Shown here: in pieces, positions 9,612 to 19,678 of the stretch | Layout of the letters: each line of letters opens with the position of its first letter | Position numbering within the stretch: the first letter of the stretch is position 1 | Source of the DNA: a virus | Lineage: Duplodnaviria > Heunggongvirae > Uroviricota > Caudoviricetes | Length of the DNA stretch: 64,000 nucleotides | Reading direction: 5' to 3' (one strand) | Virus record (IMG/VR): IMGVR_UViG_3300020049_016248 | Made by a program: the position numbers and the translations under genes | Notes under the pieces: generated by a model | What the model saw: only the letters and a program-made list of their open reading frames with translations | Database searches by the model: none | What the model was told of the DNA's origin: nothing

Positions 9612-10670
9612 ATGCCTTTACCTTTTACACGAGAAAACAACGTTAGAACTAAAATTTCTAATGATTCAACAGCTTTAAAGCTATTTGAGTCTATGTTAAA
9701 AGAAAACAAAGACATAGAAGATATAGAAAAGTATTTTAATATTGAACCAAGTAATTTAATGAAAGAGGAAAAAGCACTTAAAATCGCTTATGATATGATT
9801 AACGAATCATATAAAAAATTAAGTTTAACAGAACAACGTTTAGTTAGTTTGTTTGAATCTAATCGTAAAAATAGAGTTTATACTCAATTGAAATTAGTAG
9901 AAACTTTAGCAACAGGTTTGAAAACAAAAAAAGATAAAGAATATATCCAAGAGTGTATTTCTGCTTTGAAAAACAGTATTACTAAAAAGCCTTTCATGGA
10001 AGCTGCAGAAAAAGTATTAGAGTTGAAAAAAACAGTTGGTACTTTATTAGAAGCAGAAGATGATGAAGATGCAAAAGAAGCTTCAGTAAAATTTGTTGAT
10101 ATTAATATTGGAAACTTTAAACATGTAAAAAATGTAATGTTAGCTGTTTTGAAAGATGAATTAGATTCACCAGAAACAATTTATATTACATTTAAAACAA
10201 CTTTTTACCCATTAGGAAAAGATTTCAGTTCTGTAACTGCATCTTTGAAAACATTAGATGATAAGTTTAGTAGAATTGGTAGAAAAGTATTAAGTGTAGT
10301 AAAAAATGACTCTCAATTAAGTGAAGTTTTCACTGGTGAAGGTATTTGGGATGCTAGCGTTAGGGTTAACGCTATCAAACCTGGAACTGCTACAACAGGT
10401 TCAGCAGAAATAGCAATGCACATTGTACCAGGTTCTTTTTCTTCAGTAAAAGAAGTTGTAAATGCAGTGAAAGTATTTGTTGTAAAATTAGATTCAATGA
10501 TTCCTGTTTGGTTTGATGAAACAGATAAAGTGGCTCAAAAAACATTTATGAAATCTAAAGATACAAACGATATTCAAAGAATGCAAGCACTTAAGAAGAA
10601 TGTGAGAAAGAGAGAAGCAGATGATGAAAAAGTAAGTGATTATGAAGATAACTTCGGAGGTATATTTTAA
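9612..10670 (+). CDS. putative prohead core/internal head protein
   Basis: in head module after CTATTTAAAA; many L/I-x-E sites (LFES, LKEN, INES, LLEA). Confidence 0.5.
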   Translation: MPLPFTRENNVRTKISNDSTALKLFESMLKENKDIEDIEKYFNIEPSNLMKEEKALKIAYDMINESYKKLSLTEQRLVSLFESNRKNRVYTQLKLVETLATGLKTKKDKEYIQECISALKNSITKKPFMEAAEKVLELKKTVGTLLEAEDDEDAKEASVKFVDINIGNFKHVKNVMLAVLKDELDSPETIYITFKTTFYPLGKDFSSVTASLKTLDDKFSRIGRKVLSVVKNDSQLSEVFTGEGIWDASVRVNAIKPGTATTGSAEIAMHIVPGSFSSVKEVVNAVKVFVVKLDSMIPVWFDETDKVAQKTFMKSKDTNDIQRMQALKKNVRKREADDEKVSDYEDNFGGIF

Positions 10671-10680
10671 GAAATAATAC

Positions 10681-10710
10681 TATTTAAAATAAAGATATTT
10701 AAAATAAAGA
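10681..10710 (+). repeat. 15-bp tandem duplication TATTTAAAATAAAGA x2 containing the late motif
   Basis: exact direct repeat immediately upstream of 10714. Confidence 0.8.
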
Positions 10711-10713
10711 TAA

Positions 10714-11658
10714 ATGTATAAAAGTATAGGTGACATTAAAGAGTTTTTAAAAAAAAACTCTGAGACTGTTTATATTAAAAAACAAGCAAATAGTAAGTCT
10801 AAAATAACTTGGGAAGTTACCCCTGTAATTGAGGTCCCTTCAACTCACCCTGGTGTACTTAAAGTGAGTCAATTTTTAGAAAAAAAACAGTTTAAAAAAG
10901 AAGTTTATAATGTTAAACTGAATTTCGCTGATTTGAAAGTCAATGAAGAAACATGTAAAAGTATTGCAGAAGATTTTGTAGTTAACAGTTATTTAATACT
11001 AGGATTTAACCCTAAAACTAAATTATATGTAATAGTAGCACCTCTAATGGGTTTATGGAAATTTGATGCAGGGTATTTAATAGGTGTCGGTGAAGAATTA
11101 TTTCCCCCAGTGAAAAAGTATCGATCAGCAACAGAAGCAATGAAAGCTATAAATTGGTTTTCTGACCCTATAAATTTTAACGAAAATAAAAAAACAATGG
11201 CAAAGATATCACGCGAAAAACAATTAACAATAGCTCTTTTAAAAGAGAAGATCGAAAAAGCAACTGGTAAAAAGGTTGTATTCGAAGAATCAAAAGAAGA
11301 TAAGTTAAAACGTTTAATTGAACAATTAGAAAAAGTAACTGGTAAAAAAGTTGTTTTTGAATCAGAAGAAACAGAAAAAACACCAGAAGAATTAGAAGAA
11401 GGTTTATTTGGTAAAAAGTCTGATGCTGAGTTTCAAAAAGAATACCAAACTACAATTAATCTTTGGACTAAAAAAGGTTATAAACAACCTGATATAAATG
11501 CTATCATGGCTGCAGCTAAAGTTGATAAGTTTGAAGGTAAATTAGGTGTTGATAAAGAAAAGAATATCATCTACCGTGCTGCTAAAGATATTAAATGGCA
11601 AAATCAATTTGCTGGTGGTGGTACAGGAACAGCAACAGGTGGAACATCTGGAGCTTAA
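10714..11658 (+). CDS. putative internal head protein with two EKxTGKKVxFE motifs
   Basis: EKATGKKVVFEE and EKVTGKKVVFES; Gly-rich C-terminus. Confidence 0.6.
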   Translation: MYKSIGDIKEFLKKNSETVYIKKQANSKSKITWEVTPVIEVPSTHPGVLKVSQFLEKKQFKKEVYNVKLNFADLKVNEETCKSIAEDFVVNSYLILGFNPKTKLYVIVAPLMGLWKFDAGYLIGVGEELFPPVKKYRSATEAMKAINWFSDPINFNENKKTMAKISREKQLTIALLKEKIEKATGKKVVFEESKEDKLKRLIEQLEKVTGKKVVFESEETEKTPEELEEGLFGKKSDAEFQKEYQTTINLWTKKGYKQPDINAIMAAAKVDKFEGKLGVDKEKNIIYRAAKDIKWQNQFAGGGTGTATGGTSGA

Positions 11659-11678
11659 TAGAAGAAAATAAGAAATAA

Positions 11679-11714
11679 AAAACCTCGTAAACATTTACGA
11701 GGTTTTCTTTTTTT
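11679..11714. terminator. bidirectional terminator between convergent genes
   Basis: AAAACCTCGTAA-acat-TTACGAGGTTTT with A and T tails. Confidence 0.8.
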
Positions 11715-11727
11715 AATAAATTTATTT

Positions 11728-12621
11728 TTATTTTCTTAATTCAGAATTAACTTCATTCACTATATCATACAACAAAGGGTTCTTAGAATATTCAATCAAC
11801 TTTGCGTAAACTTCAACATTCTTTTCAGCTTCATTCTTAGGAACACCTGAATTAGTTAAATCAATAGAACTAATATCAAAACCTTCTTGAATTAAATACT
11901 TTAAATTTTCTTCACGAAAAGTATAAAAATATCTTAATTTTAAAACAGAAGAAAGTTCAGAGAATAAATCAGCTTTATATGCTGGGAAAGCAGTTAAGAA
12001 AGCTTTCAAGTTTTGTTCAAAGAAAATCTCACGTACAAGCGGAAAGAGTCTCAAAGTTATTTCACGAAGTTGTATTTCTTTAACAACGTCAAGTTTAAGC
12101 ATTAAATCTACACGTTCATTTATAGATAATTTTATGTTTCTTAAAGAAAATGCAAAGAAATCTCTAGGTCGAGTAACAGGTACTCCATTGTTTAAGAGAT
12201 AATCGATTATTTCATAAGTACAATGAGAAAGAGCATACCCTAAAGTATTATGAAAACTCCCTAAACTTCTAGGTGGTTTATTCAAAAGCTTAGTTTTATT
12301 AAGTTTTTGTAATGCATCAAAATCGTTTTTTACAAGTAGCTCGTAAACACTAGTTGCGTTACCTGCTATTCTAAGTTCTAATTCTGAGAATGGAACTTTA
12401 GCTAAATTCCAAAGGTCATCTTTTGTCTTGAAGACACGCATTGTAGAATATGTTGCCCCTTTATTTAAAGTAACATAAGCAAAAGCAGCTGTTTCGATTG
12501 CAGAGTAATCTTTTTTTGAAATTGAATTATTAGGAATACTTTCTGATTCAATCATTTTAATTACACCTTCACATTTTGTTCCTTTAATTCGAATTAAAGA
12601 ACCTACTACAAATTTAGTCAT
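11728..12621 (-). CDS. ankyrin-like helical-repeat protein with C-terminal IxxEL tag
   Basis: TLGYALSHCTYEIIDYLLNNGV and LKYLIQEGFDI ankyrin-like segments; ends LYDIVNEVNSELRK. Confidence 0.55.
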   Translation of the reverse strand: MTKFVVGSLIRIKGTKCEGVIKMIESESIPNNSISKKDYSAIETAAFAYVTLNKGATYSTMRVFKTKDDLWNLAKVPFSELELRIAGNATSVYELLVKNDFDALQKLNKTKLLNKPPRSLGSFHNTLGYALSHCTYEIIDYLLNNGVPVTRPRDFFAFSLRNIKLSINERVDLMLKLDVVKEIQLREITLRLFPLVREIFFEQNLKAFLTAFPAYKADLFSELSSVLKLRYFYTFREENLKYLIQEGFDISSIDLTNSGVPKNEAEKNVEVYAKLIEYSKNPLLYDIVNEVNSELRK

Positions 12622-12821
12622 AGTTTAACTTTTAAATGAAATATGAACTGACAACAACACTTATTGCAACAATTACAACTACAATTACTAAAAAGAGTTG
12701 TTTGTCTTCTTTTTGAAAATGATTTTTGTTTTCTGAATCCATGTTTATAATGAATTTAATTGTTCTTTTAACTCTTCTAATCTCGTCAATAAGATTTTTT
12801 GAGATGTTTTTGATTTCATTA

Positions 12822-13307
12822 TTACTTGTTTAATGTTAATTTTAATTGATTTTCTGCATCTTTCCATCTCTTTCCATTACACTCTGGCCCTATACCACTA
12901 AGCACACTTACTGGGTTTGTAAGCTTTCTACCACAACGACCACAAGACCCTTCATGCCAGATTTCAACTTTACTTGGTAAGGTGTTATTTTCAACAAGAT
13001 TAATAAACTTTGCAAAAACTTCTACTTTTTTATCAGTAGCAGATAAAGTAGATTTTTTTGAATGTTGATAATTAAATTTACCAAACAATGTTCCTAAGAA
13101 TGAATATGATTTTTCATTATCTTTCCCAGTCATTAAATTGACAAAATAAATTGGTCTTTTAGGGTCTTGTTTTTTTGGTGCAGAAACTCTAAAAGTTAAA
13201 TGATTACCTGAACTTGGGTTACGTAAAGTAAAAGTAGCATTCCCTGCAAAAATAAAATCAATAACAGATTGAACTGTTTCCAATTTATGTTTATGAGTAA
13301 TTTCCAT
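12822..13307 (-). CDS. DUF6011-like zinc-binding protein
   Basis: AGNATFTL and HEGSCGRCGRKLTNPVSVLSGIGPEC. Confidence 0.7.
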   Translation of the reverse strand: MEITHKHKLETVQSVIDFIFAGNATFTLRNPSSGNHLTFRVSAPKKQDPKRPIYFVNLMTGKDNEKSYSFLGTLFGKFNYQHSKKSTLSATDKKVEVFAKFINLVENNTLPSKVEIWHEGSCGRCGRKLTNPVSVLSGIGPECNGKRWKDAENQLKLTLNK

Positions 13308-13322
13308 GGCTCTTAATTTATA

Positions 13323-13357
13323 ATCTAAAGATATGATATAACTAGTAAACTTCCTAC
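13323..13357 (-). promoter_or_regulatory. candidate early promoter copy
   Basis: reverse complement GTAGGAAGTT-tactagttatatca-TATCTTTAGAT. Confidence 0.75.
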
Positions 13358-13611
13358 TAAATTAAAGCTTTTTTAGCTTCCATAACTCCTTTATATTCTC
13401 CTTTTTGTGCATTGTAAAGAATTTCATGAATCACATATGCAGCTTCATAATTATCAGAACTCACCTTTAATTCAACATTATTATATCTAATAATCCCTTC
13501 AGGTCCACCTTTTGGATTACCATAACTATAACCGTTAGGATTTTTCATTATTTGTAAAATAAGTTCTATTTCAAATTTATTATCACGAATAATATTATTT
13601 GTATTTGCCAT
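13357..13611 (-). CDS. hypothetical protein
   Basis: ORF flanked by two promoter copies. Confidence 0.65.
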   Translation of the reverse strand: MANTNNIIRDNKFEIELILQIMKNPNGYSYGNPKGGPEGIIRYNNVELKVSSDNYEAAYVIHEILYNAQKGEYKGVMEAKKALI

Positions 13612-13634
13612 AGATATATGTTTTTTAATTTATA

Positions 13635-13669
13635 ATCTAAAGATATAGTTAAACTAGTAAACTTTCAAC
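13635..13669 (-). promoter_or_regulatory. candidate early promoter copy
   Basis: reverse complement GTTGAAAGTT-N14-TATCTTTAGAT. Confidence 0.75.
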
Positions 13670-13725
13670 TAAAATTGAAGAAATCTATAGAATCAAACAT
13701 ATTTAAGGTTATATAAAATAAACAA

Positions 13726-14505
13726 ATGAAATCAATAAGAAAAGAACGTTTTTTATTAGATGAGTCTAAGTGGGACAGAAAAAGAAAGATGAACTCTAAA
13801 GCATCTACTTTTTTATTAGAATCAGAAGGTGGAGAATCTTATATAGAAAGATGTAAACGTAATCCTGATTTGCCTTTATTCTTAACAGGTATTATTCAAA
13901 CAGGGGATAAGCCAAATAGAAATAATAGAATTTATCCATGGGAATATCTTAAAAGAGAATGTTTAAGATATATGGAAGAAAAAGTTAATACAGGTTTATC
14001 ATATTGTGAATTAAATCACCCAGAGAACTCTACAACCCCAGATCTTAATAATGCATGTGCAACAATTGATGATATCTGGTTTAAAGGTAAAGATGTTTAC
14101 GGTAGAGTAAAAGTATTAAATGCTTTTATGCCAGAAACAGCACCAGGTAAAATGGTTAGAGGTTTTATTTTAAATGGTAAAAATATAGGTATCTCATCAA
14201 GAGCATTAGGGTCATTACAAGAAGATTCTTATTCAGAGCATGATATAGTAGATGAAGACTTAGAATTAATTTGTTGGGATTTAGTAGATAGTGCATCTAA
14301 CTTTGGTTCAGAAAAATTAGATTTAACAGAAAGTTCATCTAAAAAATCTTCTTTACTGTTGACAGAAAGTCAATGTTATGAAGGTGTTTGTGGTTTAAAT
14401 AATAAACAAATTAAAACTTTAAATCAATTAACTGAATCGGAACAAACATATTTGAATATACTTGGAGTTGAAAAGTACTTACAAATATCTGCTAAGTTAA
14501 AGTAA
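13726..14505 (+). CDS. gp21: prohead core protease (T4 gp21-like)
   Basis: GIIQ..D.PNRNNRIYP, ELNHP (His), IGISSRALGS (Ser), WDLVD. Confidence 0.93.
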   Translation: MKSIRKERFLLDESKWDRKRKMNSKASTFLLESEGGESYIERCKRNPDLPLFLTGIIQTGDKPNRNNRIYPWEYLKRECLRYMEEKVNTGLSYCELNHPENSTTPDLNNACATIDDIWFKGKDVYGRVKVLNAFMPETAPGKMVRGFILNGKNIGISSRALGSLQEDSYSEHDIVDEDLELICWDLVDSASNFGSEKLDLTESSSKKSSLLLTESQCYEGVCGLNNKQIKTLNQLTESEQTYLNILGVEKYLQISAKLK

Positions 14506-14516
14506 ATCAAAGAATA

Positions 14517-14547
14517 AAAAATGCTGTAATTTTTTTACAGCATTTTT
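14517..14547. terminator. hairpin/terminator
   Basis: AAAAATGCTGTAA..TTACAGCATTTTT inverted repeat. Confidence 0.6.
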
Positions 14548-14633
14548 CCTGTCTATAGTTTAAAACAAACAAATTAGATAAATTTGTTGAAAAACATATA
14601 TTTACATAAAAAACTATATAATAAAAACAAATA

Positions 14634-16160
14634 ATGGCAAATAAAAACAAAAAAAACGTTACTGACGTATTTGATGGTTTAAAATACGTTGATAAAGTTC
14701 TTAATGAAGCTGCCGGTGTTAAAACAGATAAAGATTCTTTAAATGAATCTTTTGAAGATCGTTTAAGAAACCGTCTTACAGAAAACACAGAGGAAGCTGA
14801 AACTGAGGATTTAAACGAATATGAAAATGCTTACAATTATAATTACAATTATGATGAAGCAGGTTCAAATGAGTTTTTAGGAGAAGAATTTCCTGAAGAC
14901 GAGGATGAAGACGAAGATGAATTAGATATTGATTCATTAGGGTTAGATCTTGACAACGAAGTAGGTGCAATTGCTGCTGCTGATATGGAAGATGAATTTT
15001 CATCAGAAGATGAAGATGAAACTAATCCATGGAAAGAAGGTGAAGAAGAAAATTTCAACTTTGAAGAAGATACAGATTTAATGGAAGCATTATTATCTGA
15101 AGGTCCAGAAGATGAAATTGAATCACCAGAAGTAGAAGTTCCTGAAATTTCTGACGAATTACCTGCAGAAGGTGATGTTCCAGCTCCAGTTGATGTTGAA
15201 GCAGGTGTTGATACAGCAGAAGGTGATTTAGATTTAGGTGCTGCTCCAGAAATGGGTGGTGATATGTCTATGCCATCTATGAGTGATGTTTCAGCATCAG
15301 AACCATCAGGTGTAGAAGATATAACAGCTTCAGCAGAAATTACTCCTATTGCACAACCAGAAGATATTGATCAGTTAATTGCTGATTTAGTATCTCCAGA
15401 AGGTGAAGTAGAAGAAACATCTCCAGTAGTAATCGGAGAATCTGAATTAAAAGATTTAGGTTTTGAAAACTTAGGTGATGAAGACGTTGATTCAAAAGTA
15501 AAAATGGAATCTAAAAACAACAAAACAAAAGCAATCGTGGAAGGTGAAATTAAATTAACTAAACTAGGAGATAAAGAAATCACTGGAAACGTTAGAGGTG
15601 CAGAAGCATCTAAAGCAGTAAAACATTCTGGAACAGGTAAAAAAGTAGACCCATCTGGAAATACTTTTGAAGATTTAGGAGATGAAGATATTAATTCAAC
15701 TAAAGTAAAAGAAACAGGTTCAGCTAAAGTAACTGCTCAACCAAAATTTGCTGAATTGAAAAAAGAATCTGAACAAAAATCTAAAGCTTTATATAATTTA
15801 GCTGAACAAGTTGTAGATTTACAAGATGAAGTATCTAAGTTAAAGTTTGAAAATTTCAAATTAAAACAAGCTAATTCAGTTCTTACATTAGTAGAAGAGT
15901 TAAAACAATCTACTAGAGAGAAATTAGTTGAGAAATTTGATAATTGCAAAACAGTTGCAGAAGTTAAAAAACTTTACACTGAAGTTGCTTCAATGGTAAA
16001 AGAACACAAACGTGGTTCAATTAACGAAGCAGTACTTAAAAATTCAAAATCAATTAAGCATTTTGCTGAATCAGTAAATTCTCCAGAAGAAGATAATGAT
16101 CAAGCAAGAAAAAATTACTTAATGGGTCTTGAAGGTTATGATGATCAATACTTAAAATAA
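14634..16160 (+). CDS. prohead scaffolding protein
   Basis: very acidic with C-terminal coiled coil, between protease and MCP; many LxE sites. Confidence 0.8.
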   Translation: MANKNKKNVTDVFDGLKYVDKVLNEAAGVKTDKDSLNESFEDRLRNRLTENTEEAETEDLNEYENAYNYNYNYDEAGSNEFLGEEFPEDEDEDEDELDIDSLGLDLDNEVGAIAAADMEDEFSSEDEDETNPWKEGEEENFNFEEDTDLMEALLSEGPEDEIESPEVEVPEISDELPAEGDVPAPVDVEAGVDTAEGDLDLGAAPEMGGDMSMPSMSDVSASEPSGVEDITASAEITPIAQPEDIDQLIADLVSPEGEVEETSPVVIGESELKDLGFENLGDEDVDSKVKMESKNNKTKAIVEGEIKLTKLGDKEITGNVRGAEASKAVKHSGTGKKVDPSGNTFEDLGDEDINSTKVKETGSAKVTAQPKFAELKKESEQKSKALYNLAEQVVDLQDEVSKLKFENFKLKQANSVLTLVEELKQSTREKLVEKFDNCKTVAEVKKLYTEVASMVKEHKRGSINEAVLKNSKSIKHFAESVNSPEEDNDQARKNYLMGLEGYDDQYLK

Positions 16161-16176
16161 GAATAATTAAAAAAAC

Positions 16177-16211
16177 ATAGGTACGGAATAATTAAAAAAG
16201 TCCGTACCTAT
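16177..16211. promoter_or_regulatory. 11-bp inverted repeat just upstream of the MCP late motif
   Basis: ATAGGTACGGA...TCCGTACCTAT with no T tail. Confidence 0.55.
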
Positions 16212-16255
16212 ATATTTAAAAACAATAAAACAAAAAAAACAATAAAAAAACAACA

Positions 16256-17992
16256 ATGAAAAATTTGAGAGAAAATACAAAATCTCATGAACTTGGAAGA
16301 TTGTTAGAGCGTTCAGAAATGGCGAAGCGTCAAACAGTGGTTGAAGCTTGGAAAGGTTCTGGATACTTATACGGTTTAAAAGGTCGTGATTTAGGTAATA
16401 TGGCTATGTTAGCTGAAAACCAAAAAAGACAAATATTAAGAGAAAATAACACAACAGCTGATATGGCAGTGTTTGATACAATCGCTATTCCGATGATCAG
16501 ACGTCAAAACGCTTTGATGGTTTCTCCTAATTTAATTTCTGTACAACCATTATCATATCCAAACGGTATTGCGTTTTACTTAGATTATAAAGTATCAAAC
16601 ACAAAAAAACCTATTAAATCTACTTATTTAGAGAACGATTTATCAGGTGGTCAAGCTGATGATATGACAGGTAATACATTTGAATCAACATCTGGTTACG
16701 ATCGTCATTATAATAACTCAGGTTATGACAACACAAAAGGTAAAGAAATTGCTCGTGGTTGGAATCCAAACACAACTAACTTTAACAATACATCAATTGG
16801 AGGTTTAGATGATACAGCTTTTGCTGCAGCATTCTCTAAAGCAGGTGTTGATATGGGTACAGGTGCAGGAGTTATCAACATTAATGTTATCGATTTCGAT
16901 TTAACAGCAATGGGTGGTATTACAATGGACCAAGCAGCTTCTATCACTGTATATGAATCTACTGGTGCATTAGTACAAGGTACAGATTTCTTCGTACAAA
17001 GAGTTGTTAATAACTATACTGATTATTCTTTATCAACAGGTCGTACTGGTGGTGGATTAACAACATCAGAAGCAGGTCCAGCGTCTACAAACAATGGTAT
17101 CTCTGGTCCAGGGTCAGCAAATAAAATTTTACGTTTACGTATTATCCCAACAAGTGATAATCAAGGTACAGTAGCTTTACGTTTAGGTTTCAAACAATAC
17201 TTAAATTTAGAGTTGTATCCAGCGTTCTCTTCTGAGTTGAAATTGGAAATTAAATCAGTTCCTATCCAAACTCAAATTCATAAAATGAAAACAGCTTGGA
17301 CAGTTGAATTAGCTCAAGATTTAATGGCATACCATGCTATTGATGCTGAAGCAGAATTAACTCAATTGTTAGCTGAAGAAGTAGCTGCTGAAAAAGACAG
17401 ATTAGTTATTCGTGAGTTAGTTAACTTAGCAGGACATTTTGAAGTATGGAATGCTGATTTTGCTAATGCAGTAGATCCAAATCCAGCTAACACTGTATTC
17501 CGTGGAACTGAGGCATCTTACAACCAAACATTGATGTTGGCAATTAATCGTGCAAACGGTAAAATCCAAAAATCAACAAAACGTGGTGGTGCTAATTGGA
17601 TTTTAATTTCTTCTGAAGGTGCAGCTAAAATGGTTAATATGGATACATTTAAACCAACTGACTTAAATGAAGAAGGAACAAAATTTGCAGCAGGTGTTGA
17701 AAGAATTGGTTCATTAAACCAAAAATACACAGTGTATGTAGATCCACATTTACCAGCAGAAGTTTGTTTAGTAGGTCGTAAAGGTACTTCATTCTTCGAT
17801 TCAGGTTATGTATATTGTCCTTATATTGAGTATATGTTATCTCCAGTTGTTTTAGAACAACAAGATTTCAATCCTCGTAGACAAATTGCTTCTCGTTTCG
17901 GAACATCTATGTTGAACAATAAATTCTTCGCAGTTGTTTGGATGAAAGGTATGGAAGTATTCGATGTATTACAACCATCAACAACAGTGTAA
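16256..17992 (+). CDS. gp23: major capsid protein (T4 gp23-like) with large insertion
   Basis: LAENQ, PMIRR, SVQPL, WTVELAQDLMAYHAIDAEAEL, GYVYCPYI, DFNPR. Confidence 0.97.
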   Translation: MKNLRENTKSHELGRLLERSEMAKRQTVVEAWKGSGYLYGLKGRDLGNMAMLAENQKRQILRENNTTADMAVFDTIAIPMIRRQNALMVSPNLISVQPLSYPNGIAFYLDYKVSNTKKPIKSTYLENDLSGGQADDMTGNTFESTSGYDRHYNNSGYDNTKGKEIARGWNPNTTNFNNTSIGGLDDTAFAAAFSKAGVDMGTGAGVININVIDFDLTAMGGITMDQAASITVYESTGALVQGTDFFVQRVVNNYTDYSLSTGRTGGGLTTSEAGPASTNNGISGPGSANKILRLRIIPTSDNQGTVALRLGFKQYLNLELYPAFSSELKLEIKSVPIQTQIHKMKTAWTVELAQDLMAYHAIDAEAELTQLLAEEVAAEKDRLVIRELVNLAGHFEVWNADFANAVDPNPANTVFRGTEASYNQTLMLAINRANGKIQKSTKRGGANWILISSEGAAKMVNMDTFKPTDLNEEGTKFAAGVERIGSLNQKYTVYVDPHLPAEVCLVGRKGTSFFDSGYVYCPYIEYMLSPVVLEQQDFNPRRQIASRFGTSMLNNKFFAVVWMKGMEVFDVLQPSTTV

Positions 17993-18015
17993 TCTAGTTT
18001 AATTACATAAATAAT

Positions 18016-18048
18016 AAAAAGAGCTAAGAATTAACTTAGCTCTTTTTT
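18016..18048. terminator. bidirectional terminator after MCP
   Basis: AAAAAGAGCTAAG-aattaa-CTTAGCTCTTTTTT. Confidence 0.85.
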
Positions 18049-18336
18049 ATTTCTTATATCTTCTTTAAGTTCTTCGTCTATCTCATATAATATATGAGCA
18101 ATAGTACGTATCTCAAAACATAGTATAGGAAAATTCCAAGGAGCGATATGTTCATCATATTTAACTATAAACACATTTGGGAGTATTTCTTCTACAATTT
18201 CTACTTCTTTCCTACAATAGAAAAACATAGAAGTTGTAAACGTTTCATGACCTAGATCAAAACCGTCTGAACTTAGTTGATATTGTTCTTTTAATGTTGA
18301 TAATTCTTTGACAAAAACTTTATCACCTAGTTTCAT
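18031..18336 (-). CDS. SH3/KOW-like hypothetical protein with IxxEL tag
   Basis: MKLGDKVFVK N-terminus; IAHILYEIDEELKE near C-terminus. Confidence 0.65.
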   Translation of the reverse strand: MKLGDKVFVKELSTLKEQYQLSSDGFDLGHETFTTSMFFYCRKEVEIVEEILPNVFIVKYDEHIAPWNFPILCFEIRTIAHILYEIDEELKEDIRNKKELS

Positions 18337-18744
18337 TTAATTCAACGTTTATTTGAGCAACAATAAAAGGTAAGGTAGGAGTTGAAGAAATATAATCTTT
18401 AAGTGCACTTCTTTGAATTTCAACCATGTAATCAGCATAGTTTTCTGGTGTGAAATAATTCCAATTCTCTTCAGTTAACATCTCTCTCGTATAAGGGCAA
18501 CCGTGAACTGCATCTAGATCTTTTTCCCACCGTTCTTCTAATAAGTTATATGAAACTTCATCAATTTCAAAAAGTAACTATGATCAACTGGTCTTTCAAG
18601 GTCTGTTTCATGTCCTAAGAATTTTCCAACAACTAAAAAGTTTTTGTTTAAATTTTCGGAAAAGTCTAAGTATACGAGATCACCAACTTTTAACTGTTGA
18701 ACAAGTTGGTTAAGAGTTTCTTTTTCAGATTTAGTACGTTTCAT
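18323..18744 (-). pseudogene. gene split by a 1-nt frameshift in a T5 run; repaired product ends in the IxxEL tag
   Basis: ORF 18538-18744 continues in the -1 frame as FEIDEVSYNLLEERW...TLPFIVAQINVELNETR-stop. Confidence 0.7.
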
Positions 18745-18944
18745 AAACCTTCTTTCCTAAGTTGTTCTTTCCACTTTTCAATTTTCTCTTTTACTTGTTC
18801 ATCTGTATATTTCTGAGAAATCATGTCAGTTATAAAAGCAATAGTTGAGAGTAATAATTCAACCTTATAATACTTTTTACAAAGTTTAAAGCCAAATATA
18901 AAAGAGAAAACACAAGCAAGAAGAGTTACTAAAACAGGGTTCAT
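18741..18944 (-). CDS. small membrane protein
   Basis: hydrophobic N-terminus; ATGA overlap. Confidence 0.6.
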   Translation of the reverse strand: MNPVLVTLLACVFSFIFGFKLCKKYYKVELLLSTIAFITDMISQKYTDEQVKEKIEKWKEQLRKEGL

Positions 18945-18959
18945 AGAGGTTAATTTAAG

Positions 18960-19214
18960 TTACCGATTATTTATTTGTTCTAAAGCTACTTTCAATTGTT
19001 CTGTTGGAAGTAAGTTCGTTTTTATATTTTTTACCTCTGTATAGAAATTACTGTTTTTTTCTACTTTAAGGAAAGATCGACCAGTTTTAGTTCTATGTAA
19101 AATTTCATATACTACTAAATTCTCTTCAGAGAAAAACGTAATAATTTCAACTGACTTTTCTTGACTATTTTCAACTCTATTAAATGGTTCTAGTTGCATT
19201 GTTTTACCCTTCAT
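18960..19214 (-). CDS. hypothetical protein
   Basis: ORF in minus-strand operon. Confidence 0.6.
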   Translation of the reverse strand: MKGKTMQLEPFNRVENSQEKSVEIITFFSEENLVVYEILHRTKTGRSFLKVEKNSNFYTEVKNIKTNLLPTEQLKVALEQINNR

Positions 19215-19662
19215 GAGATTCGATCTTTTTATAATTAGGGTTTGTAGATTCTAAATAATTACGAATTTTACGATTCACAACCAACATAGCATCTAAAGCT
19301 CTCTCTTCTTGTTCTTTAAATTCTTTTCGTTTATCGTTAGAGTTAGCAAGTAAAGCTTGAGTTCTTGCTTTAGCTGCTTCTATTCTGAACAATTCTTGTT
19401 CTTTGTGTAAATCTTTGACAGTAGTATAGAATAAATCATCTTTTTCTGCTTTTGTTTCTTTAGATCTCTCTTGTTTACTCTTACCATAAACAACTTGCCA
19501 CATTGCAGCAAAAAGACCTTTTGAAGCTTTAGGGTTTGTAGTCTTTTCATAAGCATTGAACCCTTCGTGATAATCTTTGTACTTATCTTTATTTTGTTCA
19601 ATGAATTCCTGCATAACATATTTAACAGGTGTTTTTTTTGCTACTTTTGCTTGATTTTCCAT
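19204..19662 (-). CDS. hypothetical coiled-coil protein
   Basis: ORF in minus-strand operon. Confidence 0.65.
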   Translation of the reverse strand: MENQAKVAKKTPVKYVMQEFIEQNKDKYKDYHEGFNAYEKTTNPKASKGLFAAMWQVVYGKSKQERSKETKAEKDDLFYTTVKDLHKEQELFRIEAAKARTQALLANSNDKRKEFKEQEERALDAMLVVNRKIRNYLESTNPNYKKIESHEG

Positions 19663-19678
19663 GATTTGAATATTAGAT

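Noticed and set aside
14830-14855. YNYNYNY microrepeat in the scaffold
   Set aside because: It is a short in-frame low-complexity stretch in a disordered acidic region, with no evidence of function.
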